Assembly (NCBI GenBank): GCA_030264375.1
Contig: JASCQW010000156.1
Location: 18,493,674 to 18,557,673, forward strand
DNA length: 64,000 nucleotides
Origin: Carcharhinus longimanus
Lineage: Eukaryota
Direction: 5' to 3'
Made by a program: the position numbers and the translations under genes. Each line of letters starts with the position of its first letter. Position 1 is the first letter of the stretch. This document shows, piece after piece, positions 48,791-61,299 of this stretch. The notes under the pieces were generated by a model, which saw nothing but the letters and a program-made list of their open reading frames with translations, did not search any database and was not told where the DNA came from.

Positions 48791-51132
48791 AAAAGTATAA
48801 ATTTTGAAGTATCCATCTGGCAAGTAAGCAAAAGTGTTACTTCCACAACAGTGTATGTGAACACTATTTGGTATCAATAACCACAGGCCACTTTTGGTGC
48901 CAATGCACTACAGATCTACTCAGACAACACTTTCACATGTACACTGTCCTTTAAAATGCCTGCAGTTAATACAGTAAGTAACAATGCTAAAATTTGCTGG
49001 TGAATAACAGTGCTTACCTGATTGTATGTATTTGGAAGACTAGTTAGGTAGTCCAGTATCAAAATGTCATTAGATAGTGCGATTTAGATAGAATAATGGA
49101 CAAGACATGGCCAAATGGGAGAACTAATTTTACTCACTAATCTCTCGCCCATCATTCTCACTATGCTGAAATCAAATTCCATCACACTATCTCCTACTCA
49201 AACTCATTATTCTGTTGACCCTCAAACTCTGGAACTCTTTCTTCATTTTTCTTCTTCCTACAATCCTCAGTCTATAAAAATCAAAACCTGGTGTCAACCA
49301 AATTCTTCCCTATGTTGCTGATTCTCTCTCTAACTCATCTTGATCTTCGTGCTGTACTGTCTTGGTCTCAATTAAATAAAAGACAATCTGATGAATATGT
49401 TTCAAACAAGTTGCAATTGATTTTGTATGGCTATTTTACTTTTATAATGTAACATAATTAATATACAGGGAAGACCAATTCAACCCATTAAAACTACTTG
49501 TACAAAACACACTGGGTGCTTACAATTAAAAAATGAAACAGCAGTGTTTTAGTTTTTCTGGCATTGGTCATGGTTATACCTGGACTGGGATCACTCACCC
49601 AGTCTCCTCCTTCTATCTTGTATCATTATCAATAATATTGCAGTTGAAGCTGTACACCATATATGAATTTAGGTTCCACTGCAGGATCTAGGCCAGGGAC
49701 AGTTACCTCAGGCTGACCCCTGGCATCAATGCTGAACCCCAATGATCCTAGGCCAGAGACAGTTATCCCAGGCTGAACTCTACTGATCATAGGTCAGCGA
49801 TAAGTTATCTATATAATATGATAGGTACATTCACCGCCAAGAAAATCAAGTGAGGAATGGAAATATGCAGTGAAACACCCAGATATAATACTGTCTCAGT
49901 AACTGTGTGGACTGAGCAGGGTCAAGAGATATGGAAATGTGTTTTTTGAAATTGCAGCATTTTATAAAATATGTCAAATAAATTGAATAATTGTCATACA
50001 CTGATAATCTGGTATAATGTTATTCTGGTTTAGAATAATTCTAAATTGTTGCAGTTTTAGATTACCATGGAATGGTAACAGTTTTATGCAACACATTTTA
50101 GAAATTATTCACAAAATATTTGAATGGGACTTTTCACTTCTTGAGACTTATTACTTGAATGCTAAGCAAAAAAAAAAATGAATGCTTAAAAGAAAATTTG
50201 CCTTTGATAGAGACAAATTACTGGTCAGGAGGAAAGAGGCACTCAGACTGAAGATGGAAGAATCGACTGACAGGGATTGGAGATGGATGAAGTGATGCAC
50301 AGGTTAGAGATTGAAGAACAAACACATTAAGGGATGGGATGAAAAGGTAAACAGACAACAGGATTGAAAACATAGGCTGAGAGGCTGTATAGGACAGCTA
50401 GGGGGACTGGGAAATTGAAATGGAGGAATAGATAGCGATAAAATGGAGATAGAGGGAGGAATGCACAGAGTTTGGAAATGGTGGCAACAGACACAATGAG
50501 GGGCTGGAGGTGGACAGATAGTGACTGAGGAACTGGAGATGAAGAGAGACATACTGAGGGAAAGGAGATCAGAGGGTTAGACAAACTGAAGGATTGGAGA
50601 TGGAGGAAGAGATATTGTGAAATTGGAGATGGTGGGAAGGACAGATTGATGAATTACAGATGGGAGAATAGACAGATTGCAGGACAGGTGATCCACACTG
50701 ATGTCGGTTTTAACTGTTATGGCTGGAAAATAACTGTGCATTGATGTTGTACTTACAGTCCAAGTTACATATTGTGCATCATTGGACATTGGTGGTCATT
50801 CTTTCAAGTAATGACACAACCAACAATTTTGAAAGACGCAGCATTTAGCCCTGCATTTTTGTGGTCCCAGAATCTCTACCCTCCCGCAACTAACATCATA
50901 TGGACAGTTAAAGCTAGCCACGAAATCCACCATTCCTCTTCTGACTAATGATGCTGATGCAGATTGCTACTGGTGCTTCTTTTCCCATCAAGTAAAACCA
51001 TTGCAGACCTGGAATGGCAGTTGTATCAGATAAATGAAAGGTTCCCAGTCAGGCAGTTCAAGGTCATGGTTCTGCAAAATTTGCTGCACAGTTTTGGGAT
51101 AGGTTCATGACAATATCATTGATATGTATACT

Positions 51133-51138
51133 TTTATT
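51133..51138 (-). promoter_or_regulatory. Candidate polyadenylation signal of MXRA8
   Basis: AATAAA on the minus strand about 100 nt after the stop codon. Confidence 0.5.
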
Positions 51139-51239
51139 AAGCGCTGTATTATTGAAGGATATTGATAAAAGGCAACTGATATCCTCATATAGACTCTTCA
51201 CTGATCAGCTTCTGGATCCAGCCAGCAGCATCACTCTCT

Positions 51240-51265
51240 TTATTTCCAATATTGCTTCTCAAAAT
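51240..51265 (-). CDS. MXRA8: MXRA8-like terminal coding exon
   Basis: Strong acceptor CTTTCTTTATTTATTTTTCAG|, phase 1, encodes (D)FEKQYWK*. Compare the human C-terminus GFRKENCK*. Confidence 0.85.
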
Positions 51266-51411
51266 CTGAAAAATAAATAAAGAAAGATCAGTGCTGATCC
51301 TCATTTAAAATGATACAAATGGTATTAACTAACTGTCCAAGTTTAACAATTGGTGGAACATTTTCCTCCTTTGCCTGTGGGAATGAGCGAACTTGCTTTA
51401 TGAGCAAAGCT

Positions 51412-51582
51412 CACTCCAAAGATGTGTGGATTAAGTTGATTGGTCATGCTAAATTGACCCTTAAGGTCAGGAGGATTAGCAGAGTAAATATGTGTGGTTA
51501 CAGGGATAAGGCTTGGGTGGGATTGTTGCAGGTGCTGGTTCAATGGGCCAAATGGCCTCCTTCTGCACTGTAGGGATTCTAT
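51412..51582 (+). mobile_element. HE1-type SINE 3' half
   Basis: TCCAAAGATGTG...GCTAAATTGACCCTT...AATGGCCTCCTTCTGCACTGTAGGGATTCTATG. Confidence 0.82.
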
Positions 51583-52014
51583 GGCTGGAATTTTATCGGC
51601 CTGCGTGCCATAGGAATCAGAGCGGGTAAGGGGTGGAGCATGAGAAGGTTTACTAACATCGGGCAGAATTTTATGTTTTTGGGATGAGTGAGGCTGTAAA
51701 ATCCTGCCCAATGATTGTATGAGTGCCATGGCCTCCAGACACTGATTGAACAACATGGGTGTTGAAGAGCCAAGATTCAAGGTTGTTCCATTCCCTTCTG
51801 CTCTTTAGACGAAGGCACCATATGTTATCAAGAGGCAAGGTTCCAACCAACATGTGAAAAAGAGCCCATTAAAATTAGAACTATAGGGGAGGTAGTTTGC
51901 TCTTCCTCTGAACAAACACCCAATCTCCACTTATCGACTAAATCACACTTGTGGAGAAAGCATGTGGGTACACTCCCCTGCTGGCAGTTTTGAAGGCAGT
52001 GGGGTGGCACATAC

Positions 52015-52298
52015 CATAGAATCTCTACAGTGCAGAAAAAGGCTATTCAGCCTGTTGAGTCTGCACCAACTCTCCAAAAGAGCATCTTACCCAGGCATAC
52101 TTCCCCACCCTGTGCCCATTATCCCATGCATTTACCATGGCTAATCCAGCTAATTTGCATAACTTTGGATGTGGGAGGAAACCGAAGCACACGGAGGAAA
52201 CCAGTGCAGTTAGAGGGAAAACGGGGAAACACCACACAGACAGCCAAGACTGAAATTAAATCTTGGTCCCTGGCACTGTGAGGCAACAGTGCTAACCA
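52015..52298 (-). mobile_element. HE1-type SINE, partly duplicated in inverted orientation at about 52508-52648
   Basis: HE1 core and tail. The inverted copy shares its private variants and flank. Confidence 0.82.
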
Positions 52299-52969
52299 AA
52301 TGAAATCCAGTGAGTTGTATTTCAGACAGATTGGACAGATAGATCAGTAGCAGGAAATCAACNNNNNNNNNNNNNNNNNNNNNNNNNNNNNNNNNNNNNN
52401 NNNNNNNNNNNNNNNNNNNNNNNNNNNNNNNNNNNNNNNNNNNNNNNNNNNNNNNNNNNNNNAGTTGTATTTCAGACAGATTGGACAGATAGATCAGTAG
52501 CAGGAAATCAACTCACTGGATTTCATTTGGTTAGCACTGTTGCCTCACAGTGCCAGGGACAAAGATTTAATTTCAGTCTTGGCTGTCTGTGTGGTGTTTC
52601 CCCGTTTTCCCTCTATCTGCATAGGTTTCCTCCGTGTGCTTCGGTTTCAGACATGTATTTCAGACAGATTGATCAGTAGCAGAAAATCATGTGTGCTGTT
52701 GGGGAGGTATCACACAGCTTAATAGCCCCAGTAGGGGAAGGCACCGTTGGCCCTTCTGGGGCTATTAAGTAGTTAATTAATGATTACTCAAGAACCTCAA
52801 GTTGCTGCTGCTTGTATTTTACCTTTGTGGGGGAGGTTTATGCCATGCAAGGAGCCTAGCAGCTTAAATTGTGTGGGCTACTGTCAAGAAAGGGGGTGGA
52901 CCTTCTTTGTGGGTTCCTTCAGGGTAGTGATACCAAGTCATCCCTTCTTTTAACTTTCACTTGGCTTCT

Positions 52970-53240
52970 CACAGTGATTAGCACTGCTGCCTCAAAACAC
53001 CAGGAACTTGGGTTCAANNNNNNNNNNNNNNNNNNNNNNNNNNNNNNNNNNNNNNNNNNNNNNNNNNNNNNNNNNNNNNNNNNNNNNNNNNNNNNNNNNN
53101 NNNNNNNNNCCTCCCACAGATGTGTGAGTTAGGTGGATTGACAATGCTAAATTGATCCTGAGTGTCAGGGGGTCTGGCAGGGTGAATATGTGGGGTTACG
53201 AGGTTAGGCCCCAGGTGGGATTGTTGTCAGTGTAGGCTCA
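52970..53240 (+). mobile_element. HE1-type SINE spanning a gap, followed by a CR1 3' end (minus, about 53240-53400)
   Basis: ACAGTGATTAGCACTGCTGCCTCA head, with the core after the gap. Confidence 0.75.
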
Positions 53241-53711
53241 TAGAATCAGAGAATCATACAGTGCAGAAAGAGGCCTTTCAGGCCATCAAGTCCGTACCAA
53301 CACATTAGAAACACCTGAACTCCCTTCTAATCCCATCTGCCAGCACGTGGCCCATAGCCCTGAATGTTATGATGTGCCAAATGCTCATGTAGGTACTTTT
53401 CGGCAGGTGGAGAAAGTGGTGATTGGGTATAAAAGCAGGTGGGATGGTGGGGATGACACCATACTCATTGCCTACCTATCAGTGCTTGTATTTTACTAGT
53501 GACAGATTAGGTGTTGGATGGCCCAACCAACCCTTGGGCTAATTAAGCGCTCTGTCACCACTGGTAAAATACCAGTTGTCAGGCTGGTGGGGGGGAACTA
53601 TAGAACCCTTACAATGCAGGAGACCATTCGGCCCAACTGCGCCAACTCTCTGACAGCACATTTTACCCAGACCCTATCCCTGTAACCCCACATATTTACT
53701 CTGCTAATCCC

Positions 53712-54170
53712 CCAGCGGTCATGGGCATTCGGCCTCTGATCTTCGAGTGAGCATTCTCCAAAGTGGCCTTCACAACACATGACAGTGCAGAGTCGCTGGG
53801 CAGATACTGATAGCCAAGTTCCATACACATGAGGATGACCTCGACCGGGATCTTGGGTTCATGTCACACTATCTGTAACCCCCACAACTTGCCTGGACTT
53901 ACAAAACTTCACTAACTTTCCTGTCTGGAAACAATACACATCTTTTTAACCTGTGCTTAATGCTCTCTCCACTCACATTGTCTATACTTTTAAGACTTGA
54001 TTAGCTGTAAAGACTCACATACCAATTATTATTCATGTAAATTGAGTTTGTGTCTTTATATGCCCTGTTTGTGAACAGAACTTACGTTATGAAGGAACAG
54101 CCAGTTCTGAAAGCTAGTGGCGTTTGCTACAAATAAACCTATTGGGTGTTGTGGGTCTTCTTACTGATGA
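53712..54170 (+). mobile_element. Penelope-like 3' end, preceded by an HE1 tail (minus, about 53598-53712)
   Basis: SGHGHSASDLRVSILQSGLH...DLGFMSHYL* and the same terminal repeat as 7722-8200. Degenerate hammerhead at about 54085-54120. Confidence 0.82.
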
Positions 54171-54334
54171 ATCACAGTCCCAGAGCAGACTATTGTGGAG
54201 GCCATAGAAATCTTCATCTCTGGATGGAAAGCTGGCAAGAGCATTGTGTTACCTTTATCAGGCAAGGTCTACCTCTCAGGCAAGTGACAGGCCTTCCTCC
54301 AGGATCAAGAGCCCCAGTCCCACATGAGGGTTTT

Positions 54335-54612
54335 AAAAAAAATTAGTGTCACAAGTAGGCTTACGTTAACACTGGTGTGAAAATCCCCTAGTCACCACAC
54401 CCTGGTGCCTAATTGGGTACACTGAGGGAGGATTTAGCACGGCTAATGCACCTAACTAGCACGTCTTTCAGACTATGGGAGGAAACCAAAACACCTGGAA
54501 GAAACCCATGCAGGCACGAGAAGAATGTGCAGTCTCCATATAGATAGTGACCCAAGTCAGGAATTGAACCTGGGTCCCTAGCAGTGTGAAGCAACAGTGC
54601 TAATCACTGCTA
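54335..54612 (-). mobile_element. HE1-like SINE with the alternative tail
   Basis: Same structure as 14993-15287. Confidence 0.75.
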
Positions 54613-55264
54613 TTCGTAACAACCAAACAATGCCCACGGGGGAAGCAATGCCTGCAACTGGAACAACTCCCATCTGGTGCCTGGGATTGTTGCTGGATCC
54701 CAGGCCAGAAGTGAGTGATGATGGGAGATTGTGGGAACAGGTGTCAGCAGCAGGGGCAGATAGAAGCCGACAATGGCCTTTCCTTCCTAATGCAGGGTCC
54801 TTGATAAAACTTTGAACAAAGTCATCCTACTCCCTCCACATAGGTTTGCTGTTCATACTCCCAACGTGGCAAGCCCCTGTTCACCAAGAGTAAATATCAA
54901 TTACAATGGTATGTGACCTTTAAGTGGCCTCTGTAATGTAGAGATCCTATCATTAACTGGCAGCAGGACAGGAAGGCTGCCCATAGGCTTTCCCACTACA
55001 GACTTAAATCAGAGTGAAAGTGCAGGAAGGTACCAGGATCCCCACCTGCTGCCTGTCTGCCTGATTAAGTGTCACACCTGCCATCAAACTTGGCACAAGA
55101 TCCTGCTCACAGATTCATCTCACCACTGAGCTCCTGGCTGATAATTGCAGGATGACAATAGGATTATTTATTGTAAGAGATGAAAAGATGGACTTCATAA
55201 TAAGAATATTTAGAAAAACATAAATAAAAACACTAATGTTCAAGGGATTTGAGTCCCAGCATAC

Positions 55265-55357
55265 CTCTATCTAGGTTCTTTGGTGGAATCTCCCTGAGCA
55301 GTTCCACCTTCTCTCTGGACATTGCAGCCTTCTCCTTTAGTATGTTGTTCTTGAAGT
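55265..55357 (-). CDS. MXRA8: MXRA8-like penultimate coding exon
   Basis: TTATTTTTAGCAG|AC...AGA G|GTATGC, phase 1-1. (D)FKNNILKEKAAMSREKVELLREIPPKNLDR, compare human [27 protein letters not shown]. Confidence 0.9.
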
Positions 55358-58166
55358 CTGCTAAAAATAAGAATTGCAGTATTCTCACTCTGCAATATGC
55401 ACAAAGATTCAGACCAGTAACCCTCTCCCCACAAAATGCCCTCAGCCCTTCCAACACCTGCCCTTCTGACCTCCTGCCTTGAAACTATTGACTATTACAG
55501 AAAGTCACTTACCCTTGCAGTCAGTGGCATAACTCCACCCTTAGACAAATCACACAAACCTTCAGTGATACAGTATGAAGTGGTGCTCCTGTCAGTATAA
55601 TTTGATAATATAATTCCTGGCTGTCATATTGCATGTAGAAGTGGAAATCTGAATACTGGTATCATGTCAGAGATATTTAAATGAACATCTGTCCAGTGAC
55701 TGAGAATAATATTAATTTAAGCATATCAGAGTGATCACTTACCCTGATGACTCAGTTTGTAAACAGAAACTAGGAGCTACTTGGCCCTTTGATTCTGCTC
55801 TACCATCCAATTTGATCATGACTGTTCCTTTATTTCAATGCTATATTCCCACTTTCTCCCCATACCTCTTAATAGCATTAAAATCTAAAAAAAACTATCT
55901 CTTTCTGTTGGAGTACTATCCCATTCAAACACAGGAGGATGGTTAATCTCCAATTTGTGTTGTTAGTTGCTTTAAACCTGTGCTGGGCTAAAATTAGGGG
56001 ACTATCATTTGTTTGAGTTTGATTAGAGCTTGACTGGGAGAGGGTGAATTAATTACATTCATGATCACTGCCTGGGACTTGGAAGTGAGAGTGTTTAGAT
56101 GTTCAGTGAGGATAATTTGGGTTTGATAATCATGCTCCTCACATCCAAATGTCATTAAATTGTACAAATTAACATCGTTAGAGGCTATTTGACCTTTCAT
56201 GTTTGTACTGGATCATTACTAGAGGAACAAATAGTTAAACACAATGCCCCATCCTCTCCCCAAAGCCCAGTGAACCATAAATGCTTATAGCATAGTCTCC
56301 AGCTCGTTCACATCTGATGGATGACCATCTGAATTAAGTAGTTATATCCATGGAACCCTTTCCTCAGCAAAGATCAAAGGTTTCAAGATGGGGAGAAATA
56401 AATGCAGAAAAGTGGAAGATGGACACATTATAATTGATACATTCAAGGCTCAGACTTGTATTCTCTCCTTCAAAAGTGCAAGGGGTACATGCAATTCGAT
56501 TGTTTTGCTCAATGTTGCTGCTTCATTTATTTGCTGGCTCATGCACTGTGTAAACTGATTCACTGTAAAATTTTCAAAGTGAGAGCTGGACAGTTCCCGA
56601 CGAGGGATGAGAACACTGCTTTGGCAAATGGGTGGATTACCAGTCAAATAAATCATTATTGGTTTTGATTATCACAGAGAGTTGATCATCAGAGAGAGCT
56701 GAATGGGAAATTTCCAGATTCCACTCCCCCGCCCCCCAATCCTACCAAATTGGCTTGGATTGTGTTTCTGTCCCTTTCCAAAGGTAACAAGGCTGCTGGG
56801 AGTTGAGGATTATTGTGAATCATGATGACTAAGGCACCATGCAGACTGGTCTTTTCCTTGCCATCATTTCAGTACCTTTATAATGATAAGGAGGAGATTN
56901 NNNNNNNNNNNNNNNNNNNNNNNNNNNNNNNNNNNNNNNNNNNNNNNNNNNNNNNNNNNNNNNNNNNNNNNNNNNNNNNNNNNNNNNNNNNNNNNNNNNN
57001 NNNNNNNNNNNNNNNNNNNNNNNNNNNNNNNNNNNNNNNNNNNNNNNNNNNNNNNNNNNNNNNNNNNNNNNNNNNNNNNNNNNNNNNNNNNNNNNNNNNN
57101 NNNNNNNNNNNNNNNNNNNNNNNNNNNNNNNNNNNNNNNNNNNNNNNNNNNNNNNNNNNNNNNNNNNNNNNNNNNNNNNNNNNNNNNNNNNNNNNNNNNN
57201 NNNNNNATTGCAGAGTGCTGGATCAAGTAGGGAAAACTGTGTGAAACTTGCCAGCTCAATGACACCTTTTCTCATCTGATTGAAACTGCACATGGTGCTA
57301 CTTAAAGTGTTGACAAGGATTACACAACCAGCTTGGGGGCAAGGTGCTCTAGGCCTGGATGAAGGTCGGGGCATCTTGGCCTAGGCAGGAGGGGTGCATA
57401 CCTATACACAAAAGCAGGACTGGGATCCTGAGATCGGGAAGATCTCAATATTACATTTAAGACACCCCCTATCCACCCAACATCAACATTAGGGCACCAT
57501 TCCCTACTGCTCCCCACTTCATACGCATCCAGCCCCCACCCTACAGGCATCAGAGCTCCCCCCTCTCTTACTGCTATCCCTCCCACCCACTTGCAGACTT
57601 CAGAGCTCCCTTTCTCTCTTCCCATTCCACTTGTGGTCAGCAGAGCTCCCCTTCTCACCCTGCTCCACTCATAGATACTGGGGCTTTCCTCCGATCCTCC
57701 CACAGGCATTGAGCTCTCCCCCATTCTCCCAATGGAGAAGGGTTACATCCCCTGCTAGAGCTCTGTTGGCACTGCCCCCTTCATGTGCCTCCTTGGCATT
57801 GTCCACTTGGTAGTGCCAACAGGCCATGTCCAGCCTTGTATCTCAAGCTCCAGTGCCTCCAGGCACCTCTCCTTATCCGGTGTGGTCACTTTGAAAACCA
57901 GTAGGTATTTGTGCCAGCATGATGTCACACCGCCAGCGGTTGGCGGCTATGTTATGGGTGGATGCTACAGCATAAAGATCTTAAAGGTATTAAAATCTAT
58001 TTAAATTAATGGAAATCAGTTCTTGTTCCTTTTGCTGGGGGGCGGGGGGAAGGAAAATAGATTTTGGCCTCTCACAAGCCATAACATGATTTGCGCCCAC
58101 GTTGAATGGGGCTGCTAGATTGCACCTGATGACGTTTGAGCATTCTATTTGGTCAGTAAATCTTAC

Positions 58167-58261
58167 CAATTTCACATGTACCCGGTTTTATTCCCTCATT
58201 TTTGTTCAGTCTCAGATCAGTTGTGTCAATCACAAAATCATTGAGGGCCACACCAGGTCTC
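58167..58261 (-). CDS. MXRA8: MXRA8-like cytoplasmic-tail exon (donor after 58167 or 58182)
   Basis: CTCTCTCCTCAAATCAACAG|G, phase 2-1. RPGVALNDFVIDTTDLRLNKNEGIKP(GTCEI), compare human [25 protein letters not shown]. Phases fit both neighbouring exons. Confidence 0.78.
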
Positions 58262-58599
58262 CTGTTGATTTGAGGAGAGAGCACAAATTGAAAGTAATCA
58301 TTAGCAGTCAATGAAGCTCCTGAAATTGGTGCTTACTTTTATTTATTTTTGGTTTCTTTATCTCTACATGTATTAAGATAAAGCAAATATATTTTACTAC
58401 CAATCTTCTGAAATACAGGAAACACAAATAAAAAATTAAACCACCACATTCCCTCACTCCATGGGAAAAAAGTGAACATTGTACTGTGCCATATAACTTG
58501 CCCTTTCTGCATACAAGGCTCCCTGGAAAGCAGATTTTTAACAAGTGCTGTTACATGCAGCACTTATAGAGGAAAGACCAGAAAAACCAAACCAGAAAG

Positions 58600-59230
58600 A
58601 AAGAACGAAAATGAGAATACAGGAGATAAAGAAAGAAATGTCTGATAATTGGACCTGAGACAGGGGTGAAGGAGATCAGAAGCCTGAGTAAAAAGTAAGA
58701 GATGAGGAAACTGAGGGAAAAGCAGGAGTCTTCAAAGGGAAGCAGCAGACATAGAGCCTGAGGAAAGGGAGCAGGCAAGTGAGAGAATGAGAGAGCGACA
58801 GGAGATAAATAGCCTCAGACAGTGGAGTAGGAAATTGGAAGTCTTAGAGCAAAGCGGGTGACTGAGACAGGGAGGAAGGAACGTGAGACAGGGGAAACCA
58901 GAACACGAGAGAGGGGGAGCAGGAGCCCAAGAGGGGAGCAAGAACCCAAGAGGGGAGCAAGAACCTGAGAGAGGGGAGCACAACCCCAAGAGAAGGGAGC
59001 AGGAGCCTGAGAGTGAGAGAGAGGAGCAGAAGTTTGAGAGAGGAGGAACTGGAGTGTGAGAGAGGGGGAACTGGAGCCTGAGGGAGGGGAACCTGAGCCC
59101 AAGACAGTAAGCAGGAGTCTGAGAGAGGAGGGACTAGAGCCTGAGAGAAGGGAACCTGAGCCCAAGACAGCAGAGCAGGAGCCCAAGGGGAACAGGAGAT
59201 TGAGAGAGGGGAGCAGGAGTCTGAGAGAGA
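58600..59230. repeat. Purine-rich degenerate tandem repeat (GGGAGCAGGAGCCTGAGAGA-like), continuing at about 60475-60740
   Basis: Repeated GAGCAGGAGCC and GAACCTGAG words. The array appears to be split by the LTR at 59245-60221. Confidence 0.75.
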
Positions 59231-59244
59231 GTGTTGTATAATGT

Positions 59245-60221
59245 TGTGATGCTAATGTACCTTTAAGAAAGTTTTTTTAAAACATGATTTCTGCAGCTCT
59301 CATAGCTTCAGTGGTTTCTTAGCTCACAGTTTCAGTGATGTCATTGTTGCCAACTTGACTGGAAATGTCCTTTTTTTTGCTATTTAAATGGTTTAANNNN
59401 NNNNNNNNNNNNNNNNNNNNNNNNNNNNNNNNNNNNNNNNNNNNNNNNNNNNNNNNNNNNNNNNNNNNNNNNNNNNNNNNNNNNNNNNNNNNNNNNTTGC
59501 TATTTAAATGGTTTAAATGGGTTGTTTGTGTTTACTCTGGGATTAGTTTTACGATCCTGCCTTGTTAGGAGGATGCTCATGTGTTTTTGGACAAGTTTTT
59601 TTCCTGATGAGGTTAAAGTTTCATTTTCAGTTCTGAGCTGCAGTTGGGTTTTAACTGGGATATTAAGCTGAACAGAAGCTTCTCTCTCCCTGTTTTATTT
59701 GGAAATTCTGCTGGTGATTTTAAAGCAAGATTTTGCCTTCCTGAAGGAAAAAAATCTGCTGGTTTTGGGGGCTAGACCAGAGTGTCTCTGGTGTTTTGGG
59801 AAGCTGTCTTGTCTTCAAACTGTTCAGATTGAATCCAGAGAACTGCAGACTTGAACCAAGGATTCAATTTCCAATATCACGAGAGCAGTAGACTTGTATT
59901 GAACCTGTTTAAAGGGTTTTGTCTATGGCAAGGGTTTTGGTTTGATTGGAACACATTAGATACCTTTGTTAAGGGTTATACATTATAGTGGTTGTTTTGT
60001 TTGTTGTTTGTAATTGATAAAAGTTCTTGCTAATTTCCTTACTGTACATGTTGACTATATTCTTAAATAAACTTTGTTTGAGAAAAGCTTCCTCATGAGT
60101 CATTTGAATCATACCTGAAGGGAAGTCTATCATGCTTATCCTAGCCAAATTCAAGATGCAAAACTTTTGATCCAGGCAGTCTTCATAAAACACTTTGGAG
60201 TTTCTGACCTGAACCATAACA
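59245..60221 (+). mobile_element. Solo LTR in an MXRA8 intron
   Basis: TGTGA...ATAACA termini, internal AATAAA (about 60066), homologous to 16412-18733. Confidence 0.72.
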
Positions 60222-61268
60222 GGGTCTAGCATATATGGGGTTAATGTGGAACTGAGTACAGTATGATCCACATAGTGAGGTAAGAGAGCACATGACCTGC
60301 ACTCAGGGTCAGTTGAGTATGGATAGTACAGTGTGTATCAGCAAGCATGAAGGTAGCTCCCAGCTTGTCCCCTTTATTTGTAAATAGTTCCAAGAGTCAA
60401 TAAAGACTCAATAAAGTTAACCTATGTGTGATTGCAAAGACTTCTTCTACGGAACGGTAGCCAACACCTCACAACAGGGAGCAGGGGCATGGGAGCCTGA
60501 AGAAGGGGAGATTGAGATGGAAGCCTGAAAGAAGGGTAAGAAGCATGGGAGCATGAGAGAGGAGAACAGGAGATATAAAACCTGAGACAGAGGAGTAGGA
60601 ATCTGTGCACCTAAGAGGCAGGAGCAGTATAGTGAGAGTCTGAGAGAGGGAAACTGGAGTCTGAGAAAGAGGAGCAGAACATCAAAACAGAGACAGAGGA
60701 TTAGGAAATTGTGAGCCTGAAGTAGAGGAGCAGGTGACTGGATACCAGATTGATCTTTGGGAGGGTAGAATGAAATGTGACTGACACCGGAGTAGCTGAG
60801 TGCACTCCCCGCGTTTAGCTACAGCACCATCCAATGCAATGTCTCATAGGCAGGAATACCAGTCTCCTAAGGATGGGCCTTGTCAATGACATCTTTGAAT
60901 GCATTGAGTAATTTATACCACACAGGCTCCTCATGTAGCAAAGTGCTATCTCTGCAGCCAGTATCCTTGAGCTTTTTGGAAAGGAGCACGTTCGTTTCAG
61001 GCTGAGATGTCTGCAGCTCCAGCATTTGGTTTTCCCTCACCACAGGATACTCCTTCCAGGAAATAAAGAGGAAATTAAGAACTGCAAGCCACAGTGTTAA
61101 GATCCTTGCATTACTGCAGACCTATATCCAAAGGCCTTTAACTTTAATTTAGGGTTTATCTGGCTAGCTGCTCAGGTCAAGTGGTAAGCATATTGTTTGA
61201 TCACAAGTCTTCCAAAAAGTTTTTGTGTTGGCAGTGAGAAGGGGTCAAATGATGAAGTTAACACTTAC

Positions 61269-61299
61269 GGCTGAGATGTCTTCACATTGTAATGGAGAC
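61269..61299 (-). CDS. MXRA8: MXRA8-like 31-nt juxtamembrane exon
   Basis: TTTTCCTTTTTCAG|GT CTC CAT TAC AAT GTG AAG ACA TCT CAG CC|GTAAGT, phase 1-2, encoding (G)LHYNVKTSQ(P). Near-consensus splice sites, and the phases bridge the adjacent exons. Confidence 0.82.

Noticed and set aside
49680-49810. About 58-bp tandem duplication with a short open frame downstream of MXRA8
   Set aside because: Stops bound it closely in the minus-strand frames and I found no splice signals or homology. Probably a local duplication.
55743-55769. Possible small MXRA8 exon ending in AGG|GTAAGT
   Set aside because: The acceptor lies in a CR1 tail remnant, it has no similarity to MXRA8, and it is not needed for frame continuity.
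58732-59241. Ser/Pro/Leu- or Glu-rich ORFs
   Set aside because: Translations of a purine-rich tandem repeat within an intron.
59378-59520. Direct repeat TTGCTATTTAAATGGTTTAA on both sides of a gap
   Set aside because: Most likely an unmerged contig overlap rather than a biological duplication.
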